Shown here: one piece after another, positions 41,929 through 61,932 of the stretch
How positions within the stretch are numbered: the stretch's first letter is position 1
How the letters are laid out: every line of letters begins with the position of its first letter
NCBI RefSeq assembly: GCF_009914755.1
Contig: NC_060925.1
Strand: one strand, 5' to 3'
Source: the human T2T-CHM13v2.0 reference genome, Homo sapiens
Length of the DNA: 64,000 nucleotides
The notes under the pieces: generated by a model
Database searches by the model: none
Seen by the model: only the letters and a program-made list of their open reading frames with translations
Told to the model about the DNA's origin: nothing
Program-made: the position numbers and the translations under genes

Positions 41929-42149
41929 TTAATCAGTTCAATTTAGCCATTTCACAATTTATATGTTTAAAAACAATATGTTGTAGATGATAAATGTACA
42001 TTTAAAAAATACAAAAAAAATACAATTTTTATTTGTCAAATAAATAATATTTTGGCGATGCATGGTGGCTCATGCCTAAAATCCCAGCACTTTAGAAGGC
42101 TGAGGTAGGAAGATCACTTGAGCCTGGGAGTTTAAGACCAGCCCAGTCA

Positions 42150-42983
<834 letters not shown>

Positions 42984-43236
42984 TCACCAAAGAAACTAGA
43001 TGAATGACAATTAGGCACATGAAAAGATTATCAACATCATTAATCATTAGGAAAATGCAAATTAAACACAATGAAATATCATACACATTTATTAGAATGG
43101 TTGAAACAAAACCAAAGGCCAGGCATGGTGGCTCATGCCTATAATCTCAGCACTTTGAGAGGCTGAGATGGGCAGATCACTTGAGGTCAGGAGTTTGAGA
43201 CCAGCCTGGCCAACATGGGAAACCCTGTCTCTACTA

Positions 43237-43440
<204 letters not shown>

Positions 43441-43524
43441 TTAAGTTGTGGCAAGGATGTGGAGCAACTGGAACTCTTAGGCATTGCTGGTGGGAATGCA
43501 AAATGATAAATAACTTTGGAAAAC

Positions 43525-44112
<588 letters not shown>

Positions 44113-44489
44113 AAGGGAGAAAACTTGTGTTCATACAAATCTGGACATAAATGATGATCAGAGGCTTTTTCATAATTGCCAAACCCTAGAAACAATTCAA
44201 ATTTCAAATGTCATATATACAGGACAAAGATCTAACAAAAAAGGATAGTGTCACTGTGCTTTCGGGTTAACCAGTCCTTTGCTGGTGAATTGAATGGGGG
44301 GAAGGGGAACTCTGACTTAGAGTGCTTACCCATTTCTGCATTGTAAATACTCCTACCATGGCCTATTTCAAGTTAGGTTTAACAAACCGCAGCTTACAAA
44401 ATTCTTGAATATTTAACAATCAGCTTGACCAAGTTATATAATCTCTCTGAGCCTCAGTTTTCTGTAAAATATGAATGGATAAAACTGCC

Positions 44490-44834
<345 letters not shown>

Positions 44835-45830
44835 TCAAACTCTTAGCACAGGGTCTAGCAAATAGTAAACACTCAAAGGGTAGCTATTATTATATTGATT
44901 GCTTAGGCCTTAATATAGAGTACTCAGCTGCTTAAAGCAGAGGAAAAACAAGCAAAATCATACAACCAGTGTCCAAAGTCTGCAGCACATGAAATAGAAC
45001 ACTATAAAGGATCATCATGATAGTGATCGGTTGGAGGTTCTGAGCAATTTTCCCACGTTAAGCTTCTCCAAGTCCTGAGGTAAGGGGGGAAACAGAAAGG
45101 CTTCCAACCATAATGATGGATTCTGGCTTTCTAGTCAATTCCCCTTGTTCACTTGCATTGGGAGACAAGAAAGAAAAACTTTTGAGAATACATGGCCAAT
45201 AAGAGTGGAAGAGGCTCTGAAATCAGGGAATCATTTGTTATTGCTGTATACAGATGTGTAGCTGTTATGCATTATTCCCAGGTTCAAGATCCTTAAACCT
45301 TAAAAAAGGTTACCATTGTGGCAATTTAAAGTGTGCTCCTATTTCATTTAATCTGGAATCCCGAGACTCGTTCTGTTTTCACCCACATGTCAGCCACAGT
45401 GCTTGGTCATAGTTGCTTCACAAACGCGTGTGGACTTGAATCCCACATTAGAGCTCAAAGGTTCCTCAAGAGCTTCTAATCCCAGGATGGCAAATAAGCT
45501 TTATGTGCCATGTCAACTCTCCCAGGTTGGTACCAGCTGACTAGGGAGCCATGCTGAGGATTCTGAAGCCAAATCTGAGGAGCTGAGAAAAGAAGGCTGT
45601 AATTAAAGGGCATGGTGTCTTCTCAGCCCCAGAAGGGAAAGTGGTGATGCCTAGGCTGTTTGTTGCCAATGCTACCCTAATCCCACCCTTCATTTACAGC
45701 AGAACAACCTGCAAGCCAAAAGTAGAGACCCAGGATAAAAAATAAAAATATTCTGAAAACTTTTAGGTAAAGTCATGGATAACAAAGCTTTCGTGGGTCA
45801 TTGTGGGAAAAGTAGCATTTTCTTTCTCTA

Positions 45831-46060
<230 letters not shown>

Positions 46061-46349
46061 ATGTATTCCTTGGGGCCTCGCTGAAAAAATGAACATGGAG
46101 GAGAGAGGTGGGTGGACAACAATTATCCTACTGCTCTTATTGCTAATCTTATTAGTTCTAGAGCCACACCTAGGGCTGCTTCCCACTCAGCTCTGACCAC
46201 CACACCTCATTCTCCTTCCCTGTCCGTCTTTCCCTAGAGGGTCTTAATCCAGTGGTTCTCAAAATGTCGTTTCTAGAGCCACAGTGACATCAGCTAGGAT
46301 TTTGTCAGAAAAACAAATTCTCAGATACTACCCTATATCTACAAAATAA

Positions 46350-46674
<325 letters not shown>

Positions 46675-46684
46675 CTGTGCTTGT

Positions 46685-49550
<2,866 letters not shown>

Positions 49551-49956
49551 CAAAAGCAGTGCACTTTAAGAAGTCTTCCAGGTGATTCTTATGCAAGTCA
49601 AAGTTTGAGAAACATCACATTAATCTCATTTCTTGCTAAAGTTCCAGCGAAACTAGACTCCCATTGAATCTCTTTCCTGTTTCACTTTGATACTGTAAGC
49701 ATGTGGGCTTTAGTGTAGAAGCAGTAAAGTGTGGTATGATAGCATAGGAGGGCTAGGAAATATAAATAGCAATATATTGGCAGCTGTGACTTTTCCAACT
49801 ACTATTCCTTTAATTTTTCAAAACTGCTGCCTTAGTACCATACTTTCACTGTTAGAAGACAAGAGGGCCAAAAAGGTCATAGGTAAAATTTAGGGATATA
49901 AGAATTTAAGTAGTATACAAGATGGTTGAACAATTCCAACTCTTAGGTATTTATCT

Positions 49957-50522
49957 GTAGTGGGTTGAATAGTGTCTCTCCAAAATTCACGTCCACCTAG
50001 AATCTCAGAATGTGACCTTATTTGGAAACAGAGTCTTTGCAGACATCATAGTTAAGCTAAGATGAGGTCAAACTGGATTAGGGTAGGCCCTAAATCCAAT
50101 GACTATTGTCCTTATAAAAGGAGGAGAGGACACACGGAGACAGAGACAGAAGAACGAAGAGCCTGTGACAAAGGAGGCAGAAACCAAAGTGACGTATCTG
50201 CACGCTAAATAATGTCAAGGATTGCCAGCAGCCACCAGAAGCTGTGAGAGAGGCATGGAAGATTCTCAGAGTCTCCAGAAGGAAACAGCTTTGCCAACAC
50301 CTTGACTTTAGACTTCTGGCCTATTGAAGGAAAGGCCATGTGAGCTCACACGGAGAAGGCACCCATCTGCAAACCAGAAGTGGGCCCTCACCAGGACCCA
50401 ACCATGCTGGCACCCTGATCTCGAACTTCTAGCCTCCAGAACTGTGAAAGAATAAATGTCTCTTGTTTAAACCACCCAGTCTATGTTATTTTTGTTGTGG
50501 TAGCCTGAACTGACTAATATAT
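49957..50522 (+). mobile_element. MLT1-type MaLR LTR (possibly composite)
   Basis: tgtagtgggttgaatagtgtc...cagaatgtgaccttatttggaaa...ccagaactgtga... Confidence 0.8.
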
Positions 50523-50731
50523 ACATGCTGTATAATTTCATTTATATGAGGTTCAAGAACAAGCAAAACTAATCTATGATGGTTATCTCTGGGATGAGAT
50601 AATTAACTGGAGAGGGGCACAAGGGAACTCTCTAGAGTTATGGAAATATTCTATATCTTGATTTAGTGTATGTTGCACAGGGGTACACATTTGCTGAAAC
50701 TCATCACAAATGCATTTAAGAGCCATGCATT

Positions 50732-51114
50732 CATATACACTATGGAATACTATGCAGCCATAAAAAAGAATGAGTTCATGTCCTTTGTAGGGACATGGAT
50801 GAAGCTGGAAACCATCATTCTCAGCAAACTATCATAAGGACAAAAAACCAAACACCACATGTTCTCTTTCATAGGTGGGAATTGAACAATGAGAACACTT
50901 GGACACAGGAATGGGAACATCACACACCGGGCCTGTCGTGGGGTGGAGGGAGGGGAAGGGATAGCATTAGGAGATAAACCTAATGTAAATGATGAGTTAA
51001 TGGGTGCAGCACACCAACATGGCACATGTATACATATGTAACAAACCTGCACGTTGTGCACATGTACGCTAGAACTTAAAGTATAATATATAATAATAAA
51101 AATAAATAAATAAA
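50732..51114 (+). mobile_element. 5'-truncated L1PA 3' end
   Basis: Close match to primate L1 3'UTR with A-rich tail. Confidence 0.92.
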
Positions 51115-51387
51115 GTAGCACATTGGCAAACCCCCACCCCCCCCCAAAAAAAGAGCTGTGCGTTTTGCTGGGTATAAAATTTACCTTAAAAATTAGTCAA
51201 TAAAAAATTCAAAAATTAAAAAAAAGAATTAGGGAATAAGATTATATGCACTTGAGTAGGTGTGAGGTTATATAAGTTTGTAAGAGGGAAAGAGGAAAAG
51301 TTACTTAGGATGATTTTTCTAAGATTAGGTTTCAAGTCTAATTTAAGGAATTACAGCTGAAGATTTTATGCCTTCCATGTAGTATTA

Positions 51388-51566
51388 AGATTTAACAAAT
51401 AAAAACATGAAGTGCTCAGTTAAATTTGAATTTCAGATAAACATCAAATCAGTTTTTAGGATATTATATTCCAAATATTACAGGGGACACACTTATACTA
51501 AAAATTAAACATTATTTATCTGAGATGTAAATTCAGCTGGGCATTCTGTATTTTTCCTGGCAACCC
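51388..51566. mobile_element. MER53 palindromic MITE
   Basis: cagttaaatttgaatttcagataaac...ttatctgagatgtaaattcagctggg...ctggcaaccc. Confidence 0.8.
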
Positions 51567-51945
51567 AAATACACATATCCTGGTCATACAGTGGGGATAT
51601 GCTGAGCTTGTGAGGTCCAGCCCAAGAAAGGCAGGTAGAGCCAAAAATGAGAGGACTATTTAGGAAAAGTGGATGGAAGCTGTTAAGTTCCCGTAAAAGG
51701 TACAGATTCAATGACTGTGAGCTGAGAACGTGATTCTTTGTGAGTGAAAAACAAAGACAGGCAGGAGAAAGGCGGGGCCTCCGTGGAGACCATGGGGTGT
51801 GAATGAGGATCTGGTTCCTTCTGTACACCTAGCAAAGGGCCTTGCCTATAAAAGACATTTGTTAAATACAATCTGTTTGATTTTGTTGCACACATCTGGA
51901 GGAAAAGAAGCTGAAACTGTGGTTTTTGGATCACTTCAATATTGA

Positions 51946-52304
<359 letters not shown>

Positions 52305-52801
52305 AGCTATTTGTTTAATCAAAGACTGTATGAGTATAGGCAATGCCTTGCAGTCCCATTGTTCTTTTAGAGGCTGGATTTTAAAAAGTCAGATTTCCTT
52401 TCCAGCTCTCTCCAGTTCCTAGGGCTATGACACCTCTGCGGAAAGATGATATGAGGACATATTGCTCTTACTCCAGTGGACCTTTCTTGAACTTTGTTTC
52501 GATATTATTAAGGAGCACAAACTGGATAAAAATAGAGTTCTTTAAAGGTGTCTCCCTCATTGAAAACCGTGATTTCCTAATTCAGTAGTGCTATCTGTGT
52601 CTCAGGAGAGCAGTACTGAGACCCTGAAGATGGTGAAAAGGAGCCTGGAACCTGGAGGCCACTGAGTTTTACAGGATTCTGGAAATCCTGATCTCAATAC
52701 AAAGCTAGAATACAGAAAGACATCCTCTCAAATCTCTTTACCTTAAAGCATAATTTAAAAAATTGTATTGGTATCAAGTATTAAAACGATCACACACACA
52801 C

Positions 52802-52940
52802 AAGAAGAAGAGGAAGAAAGAAGAAAAAGAAGAGGAAGAAAGAAGAAGAAGAAGAAGAAGTAGGAGAAGGAGAAGAAGGAGAAGAAGAAGAAGAAAGGAG
52901 AAGAAGAAAGAAGAAGAAAGAAGAAGAAGAAAGAAGAAAG
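52802..52940. repeat. Imperfect (GAA)n purine tract
   Basis: Directly visible. Confidence 0.95.
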
Positions 52941-54107
52941 TAGTCAGCGCATCAGAGGAGAGAGCAGCTCCTGGAACTCCCGACAATAGAGAAAGCCAAG
53001 GAGGGCCTGGGAATTTTGAAGGAAAGAGGCTGGTTTTCAGGGCCCAGTGGAGACATATTTCCTGATCTCTGCAGTTCCTGCAGGGGTCTCAGCCTAGGAA
53101 GGCTGTGTGTGTTTCCAGGCTTCCAGGACAAGAGCAGGCTTTTCTCTTAAATAGCAAGCAAGTAAGCAGCAAGCAAACAAACAAAAGTGAAGGCTTTCTC
53201 AAGCCAAGGTGACCAGCAAGTAGAATGTTGGGAAAGTAGGACAAATAAAGACAGAGATGTCCATGTACTGGGGAATAATTTCTAAAATGCTGCTGACATC
53301 AGCATCCTTGCTGAGAGCCACTAGTGTCTGGCATGGGGAATATGAAGATTATTAATAAATAATCAAGGATTGAGACAGACCCATGCATATATCATTCTAA
53401 TCAATGCCCATGGAAACACCTGAATTTTCCTCCAACCCAGATATTTGCTCATCATTATTAGAGAAGGGGCTGAGCTGGGCAGAGGAAAGGGCAGAGAGGA
53501 GGACCTCCAGCTTGAGACTCCCCAATCCTGCGGACAGCTGGACCTACCCTGCTTTGAGACAGTATAGGGATCATAAGGATTTTTTGGAATTTCTTTGGGG
53601 AGCCTTACCCTTATCCCCCAACTGTTCCCACTAGGTGCTCAACCAAGCATTTCTTCCAGGCACATATGGTTGTCTCCATGAATGTAATCTAAATAAAAAC
53701 AATATTCTCCTACTTCTTACATTTCCAGCTTAGTTTTAACAACCCTAGTGGATTAGCTTCCTAGGCACAAGTTTGACTGGAACACCCCCAATCCGGCTTT
53801 TATTAAAGTACAGACAGGTGAATGAAATTTGAGGATTAGGAACACAGAGGCATGGTGGTAGGGCCCCTAGCTGCTGAGCTGTAATTATCATGCATGGAAG
53901 TACTTCATGAATTGTTTTATAGAGCTTGGGGGCCATTTTTGAGGCAGAGGGGAACCTGTCTTCCATCATTTGGGTGACTTGGTAAGATGCATTTCAAAGT
54001 CTGGTGTCCAGGCTTTTGAGACTTGGGAATTTTAAAGACTTCCAGTAGCCTGGTGACCCTGATGTGGACTTTCAGAACACAGATAAAGCTGATTTCCAAC
54101 ACCTAGC

Positions 54108-54930
<823 letters not shown>

Positions 54931-55194
54931 CTAGGTGATTGAGAGAGAACTAGTTCCTTGGCCCAAATGCTGTGAATAGAGCAGGTGCATTGGTCTTCTA
55001 AGACCTTCCATGAGCCAGATGACTCAATAGGACTTGGTCTCCAAGGTCTACAGTAGTGATTTCCAAACCTGGCTGATGAACAACAGCCACAATAAAAATA
55101 TGAGCAGAGATCCTTACCAAGAAACTGTTCATCATTAGATCTGGTGGGATGGAGGGTAGGCATAATTGGTATTTTTCAAAAGTACCCCTATCAT

Positions 55195-56420
<1,226 letters not shown>

Positions 56421-58628
56421 CATCTTCAGAATCTTAAATCAAGAGAAACTATGTCACAGAATTCAAGGGTCCAGTGGTCTAGCCTGGGCTAGCCTGCCAG
56501 GCTCAGGGAATACAGGTGGAATACAGGCAGTCGAGGGGCTGAGTTTTTCAACCAAACAGACCAGGGTTTGAATTTCAGTTCATCACTTACTGGCTGGGTG
56601 ACCTTGGGCAAGTTATTAAACTCTGAGACTGTTTTCTGAAGTGTAGGATGGAGATAATACCTATCTCACGGGACTACTGTGAGTTTTAAATGAGCAAATA
56701 TGTTAAAGTGCTTCAGATAGTGCTTGGAACATAATAAATACTTAGCAAATGGTAATGATGATTAGAAAGACTCCTGGTTTGGTTTCAAGATTTCAGAAAT
56801 GAAGCTTCATAGGACCCCTCAGGGCTATAGGTGGAACTGGTCACGCTGACTTAGGAGGAACAAGTGGAAAAAGATGGCAAAAGTTTTGGAAAAGAAAAAT
56901 AGGTGAAGAGTTTGTGATAATAAGGACAACCTTTAGGGTTTAGGAGACACAGAACTAAGTGTGTCTTAGTTGTAGCTGTACTACAGCACTGCGGGCATGG
57001 CTTTTGTTTGCTTTGTTAATAAGGGGCATTTTTCAAATCTTGGTGGAGAGGGGAGGGCATAAGAACAGGAGATGCCTGAGGTATAGAAGAGAGACAGTTT
57101 TCTGAGGCTCCAGAAAAATAAGCCATGGCTTTAGTGTTCCAGTGAGCTAGATTTCAGTGTTTCTGAAAAAAATAGCAAGTATACATTTCAGGAACACGGG
57201 TCAATTTGAGGTTAACATAGCTTGAGGAAAAAAGTAAGTTTCACTGGTTCTCTCCAGTGATTTTTAAAAAATATTTTCCAATTCTGTGATGCACATGTCA
57301 CAGTAGGCATTATGGCACATTTTGCTGTACAGAAATGTCAATGAAACTTGTCCAAACTTAACATAACCTACTAACAGCTATTTTATCACAAAATTCCAGG
57401 TAAATGTGGCCACGGGGATGTTTTCTTAATCTGTGCATTTGAAACTTTGATCACATTGTGAATGTCCCAGTGGGTTTTTAAGATCCTGGAATAGTTGCAT
57501 CTTTTTTACTGTTGTTTATTTCCTTAGTCAATGTATTAGAACTTGCAGGTACCTTATTTTGCAGATGTCTTGGAATTGGCTTCAAAGGACAGACATGCAT
57601 CTTATATGACTTTTGGCTAATTCATGGTGGGTAAATCTGACTTTAACTGCATGGAGAATGATAATGGTGATTTTAAACTACTCTTGAATGAGGCTTTGGA
57701 GGGGAAGAAAGGGCATGAATGATGTGGAAGCTGCTTGGGAGCTGGAGGGGACAGGGCAGCGCTCAGCAGGGGTGTGGAGGCTCCTGCCAGATCCCTTATG
57801 GGACGTTAACCCCATCATACAGGGGATCTTTGAAGAAACATTGGGTCACTAAGGTCAGAGATTTATGAAGCTCCAGCACCCTCGAGGAGTCCTCTTTCCC
57901 TTGACCATGGGAACAATAGGCGAAAGACAAAGGCGGCCTCTGTATTTCCCACCTTAGGAGCAAGAAAGGGAGCAGGAACCCTTCCACTTGGCTCTGGAAG
58001 ATGTGTCTTAAGCACAGACTGCGGATGCAATCCTCTCACGAGCAGTGATTCAGAATGAGGTAAGAAATCATGTGGGGGCAAGTCTCATTCAACTGTTTAG
58101 GGAGGGCAGTAAAGTGGTCTGAGGTGTCTACATAAGTACTGAGAACGGGGATTATTTAATAGAATTTTGCAATCTTAGAGCTGGAAGGGACTTCAACAGT
58201 AACCTCGTCCAATCTTTGCGTTGCCATGGAACTCTTTCTTCAAACAAAAGCTTCGTAAGAGCCCAAATACAAACCCCTGTGAAAGCAGAATTGCTCTGGT
58301 TGCAAAGTGGGGGAAGGGAGAGACAAAAAGAAAAAGTTTATTTATAAAATAAACTTTAAAAAATCATCATGGAAGAAAACTTTTTTATTTATATGTATAT
58401 CATAGAAAGGCTAAAGTAACATTGATCACAAAAAATAAAATTCCCCAAACCAATAGATTATTAGTTTATACAGTGAAGATACTTTGGCTCTTTAGGGACA
58501 TTTTTACTTGGAGTCACGAGAACAGAGAATATGACTTTTAGTCACACGGAAATGAGCCTTGGATGGGAATTTTTAAGATTTATGGGAACTGTGTGCTATG
58601 CTGATTTGGGACAATAAGCGTTCTAGTC

Positions 58629-58642
58629 CCACCAGGTGGCGC
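58629..58642 (+). promoter_or_regulatory. CTCF consensus motif upstream of DYRK3
   Basis: CCACCAGGTGGCGC, near-perfect core motif in a CpG-retaining patch. Confidence 0.7.
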
Positions 58643-59269
58643 CCGCGTTCGGCATTCTGAGAACGTTTGGTGTCTTCTGGACTCCAGAATCTGGACGGTC
58701 CGACCGCCTCGTGCTTGGTGGGTTTACAAACTCTGACTGGTTCTTACCACCCATCTAACAGGAAATTTTTTTTTTTTAAAAACAAACCAACCCATAAAAC
58801 ATCTGACCAGATGCCACACTCAAGAAAACACTTGTATTCGGGTGTTTTAACCTCCAACGATGGAAATCTGCTTAACATTGGTGTTTCTGAGGTGTCTTAG
58901 CATCAGAAAAGGAAAAAGACACATATACACACATTCTAAGGAAAAAGTCAGGAAGGGCCTTGCAGAGGTAGGTCCTGGTGCGGCAAGAGGACGGTTAGGC
59001 GTTAGAAGCTTCTAGTTCAGGCTTTGCCGCTTCATGCTCATGAGGAAGCGCGGCTCCTTTGGCCTCAGTTTCCTGCGCTGCCTTCCCGTCTGTGGCTGAC
59101 TGTTGCAGGGTAGTCAGACAAAGGCCCAGCTTCTATTCTGCATCCCAGCTAAGTCTGTAAAAGACGAAAGTCGTCGGGTACCTCCGTTACTGAGATCAAA
59201 TGTTCATAAATGGAAGCATCGTGTCAATAAATGGGTTTATTATTATTGCTTTCTTATGTAACTCACCAA

Positions 59270-60170
59270 CCCCCGGAGGGCCGTCCCCGCGGTGGGAAAG
59301 CCTAAAACAATACACATATGTTTTCACTAATTTAAAATTCATATTGAAGCGGGACGTTTTAGAACTTCCAGGACGCAACGTGCTATTAAGGGACCGTGAG
59401 GGGCGGGCAGCCCTTCTGAGATCGCGGGCTAACTGCTACTTTCACCCCTCCTTCTCCGGACCCCTCTCTCCGTCTACAGCTCGCGCCAGGGACCCAAACA
59501 GCCTAGGCCGCGAGCTCCTCGCCTCCAACCTCCCGCCTCCCGCGCCAGTACTAGCACCCGCTAGGAGCGCCGCGTGGCCTTTACCGGCCACGGGCCCCGC
59601 CCCTGTGCGTCAGCCCGTAGCTGCGCCGAGGCGTTTCCCGGGGGCGTGCCGCGGTTGCTAGGCGACCAGACCGCTCCCCCTCCCGCCCCTGGAGCTGCGT
59701 CTCCCCACTTCCCAGCCGGGGCCAGTCGGGAGCGAAAGTGCGCTGAGCTGCAGTGTCTGGTCGAGAGTACCCGTGGGAGCGTCGCGCCGCGGAGGCAGCC
59801 GTCCCGGCGTAGGTGGCGTGGCCGACCGGACCCCCAACTGGCGCCTCTCCCCGCGCGGGGTCCCGAGCTAGGAGATGGGAGGCACAGCTCGTGGGCCTGG
59901 GCGGAAGGATGCGGGGCCGCCTGGGGCCGGGCTCCCGCCCCAGCAGCGGAGGTAACGGCGCCACGGGGTAACGGGCTGGAGGCGCCACAGGGAGCGGCTG
60001 GCGCTGGCAAGCGAAGCTTGGGGGTGGGGAGGAGGTAGAGTGAGCCCTCAGTAGGAGGGACGAGGGCAGGGGTCTGACTGCCTCCCCGGGACCGCCCCCA
60101 CCTCCTCTCTATCAGGGCCCCCTCCCCCCATCCCTGTCTCACCGGGCGCGGGGGACGGGGCTAGAGCGGA
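59270..60170 (+). promoter_or_regulatory. DYRK3 CpG-island promoter
   Basis: Dense CpG, GC box CCCCGCCC near 59596, X-box GTTGCTAGGCGAC 59654-59666, overlaps exon 1. Confidence 0.9.
59875..59951 (+). CDS. DYRK3: DYRK3 exon 1 coding part (long isoform start)
   Basis: gagATGG; MGGTARGPGRKDAGPPGAGLPPQQR(R); |gtaacg donor; in-frame TAG 6 nt upstream. Confidence 0.95.
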
Positions 60171-61122
60171 GTTAGAGCAAGAAGAATTTCCACCCCTGGA
60201 TTCCCTCTGAAACCCTAGATCGGGGTATATGTTAAGGGATTACGAAAATCTAGGACTTTTTGTGGGGCTTTTTATTAAAGGGGGGGAGCCCGGGAGCAAT
60301 ACCTTGGAAAGAAGCCCTGTTGCTTAGAGCGGATAACCAACGGCTGAACTCTTGGGGTTTGCTGTGAGGGGTGCGGTCTAGCTTCGAATGTACAGGTTAT
60401 GGGCTATGCTGGGTACGGCTTTCTCCGGATCCTATTTTGAGAGATTCCCCACCTTGCGTTGTATTTTACACCTAAATGGAGAGAAGAGACCCTTGCTCCC
60501 CGCTTTATTTGCATGCAGACTCTTGTTAATTTCCTCTGGCTGTTAGTCACTAGGCAATTTTGCACGTTTTCTTTTTCTTTATATATGTGGACGCCTATCC
60601 TGGTTTGTTTTATCAGGCTTATGGCAAAGGGTCAGTCACATCCAGAATATTTGGTTTCTGTTGGTGAAGCCATTCCCTGTTAAAAATATAAATAATTCTA
60701 TCAGAATGTGAGCATGTTTTTAAAAAGAGCATTCCAAAAATATTTGTAGCGGTTTTTTTCCCTTTATATTTTTATAACACATCTATAAAGAAAACTCTAG
60801 AATGAATTTCACAAAACAGTTTTTAAGGTGACCAGAATATTCCAGGATATTTTAAAAGACGTTAAAAAATTATTCCTCTGCAACATCATCATTGTTATAT
60901 TCATAGTGTATCATGTAAAATGATACAATGAAATGCTGATGTGTGTAACTGGGAAATCCGTGTTCTTGGTAGCAGATGAAATACATTATTCAGGGCCATC
61001 TTGTGGATTAAATAAATCCTCTCCGTCTTTTGTGTTCCCTTACAGTGGTGGAGCCACAGTGTTAAAGAACAGAGAAGTGATCCTTAATCATTTAGAATTT
61101 TGCCTCCACCATCCACCAGAAA

Positions 61123-61139
61123 ATGAAGTGGAAAGAGAA
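61123..61139 (+). CDS. DYRK3: DYRK3 alternative exon (61046-61139), coding part for short isoform start MKWKEK
   Basis: ttacag| at 61045; ATGAAGTGGAAAGAGAA|gtaaat splices in frame to LGDGVY; matches my recall of the short-isoform N-terminus. Confidence 0.82.
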
Positions 61140-61337
61140 GTAAATTCAATACATTTTATAATTTAGAGCATCCTTTTAGCGTTTGCTGTAGTACTTACTG
61201 TATTTTTCTGCAGGTTAGGTAGATGTAAGTAGGTAAGTAAGTAAATGAATAAAGAGAAGACAGCCTTAAAAAGGCCTTTTATTTCTTGCCTGTAAGACCC
61301 AGAAGTGTGAAGACTGGAGCTAGTCTTCCCATTAACA

Positions 61338-61403
61338 TGGGGAAGACAGGCTCAGAGGAGAAGGTAGCACTGGGGAAGACAGGCTCAGAGGAGAAGGTAG
61401 CAC
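61338..61403. repeat. Perfect 33-bp tandem duplication in DYRK3 intron
   Basis: tggggaagacaggctcagaggagaaggtagcac x2. Confidence 0.97.
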
Positions 61404-61820
61404 AGCCAGTGTTAGAGCTGAGATTAGAATCCAAGTCTCTGACTTGAGAAACTATTACCTCTGTTAGTTTTTTCTGGTCTGTTTTTTTCTCTGTGAGCTT
61501 CAGTTTCAAACTAGCCTTTATTTTCAAGTAGTAAGTTATTATGAGATCCTTCTGATAGTCCTTATTGTGTTTAACAACATTCAGAAGGACTTGTTTCAAC
61601 TGTTTTAAAATACAAACCTAGAAATGCTGTCCTTGAAAAACAAAAGTTGGATTTCCTCTGTACCTCTTCCAAATACCCCAGTTGTTTGTATTCAGTGCCA
61701 AAATGTAGTGTAGACATTTATTTCTATTACTGTTCCTTGTAGCAGATATGAAGCAGTTAAGACATAGGATTCTATATTCTTCAGTTCCTGACAGATTTTG
61801 TCTGTAATCCTTTTAACTAG

Positions 61821-61932
61821 GTTGGGGGATGGTGTCTATGACACCTTCATGATGATAGATGAAACCAAATGTCCCCCCTGTTCAAATGTACTCTGCAATC
61901 CTTCTGAACCACCTCCACCCAGAAGACTAAAT
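61821..61932 (+). CDS. DYRK3: DYRK3 common coding exon (112 nt); kinase exon lies beyond the window
   Basis: aactag| acceptor, |gtaagt donor; LGDGVYDTFMMIDETKCPPCSNVLCNPSEPPPPRRLN. Confidence 0.95.

Noticed and set aside
52763-53065. Arg/Lys/Glu-rich protamine-like ORF
   Set aside because: Translation of the GAA simple repeat with a non-ATG start
59200-60142. Several 135-193 aa ORFs at the DYRK3 promoter
   Set aside because: Expected in a CpG island; the real exon 1 frame starts at 59875
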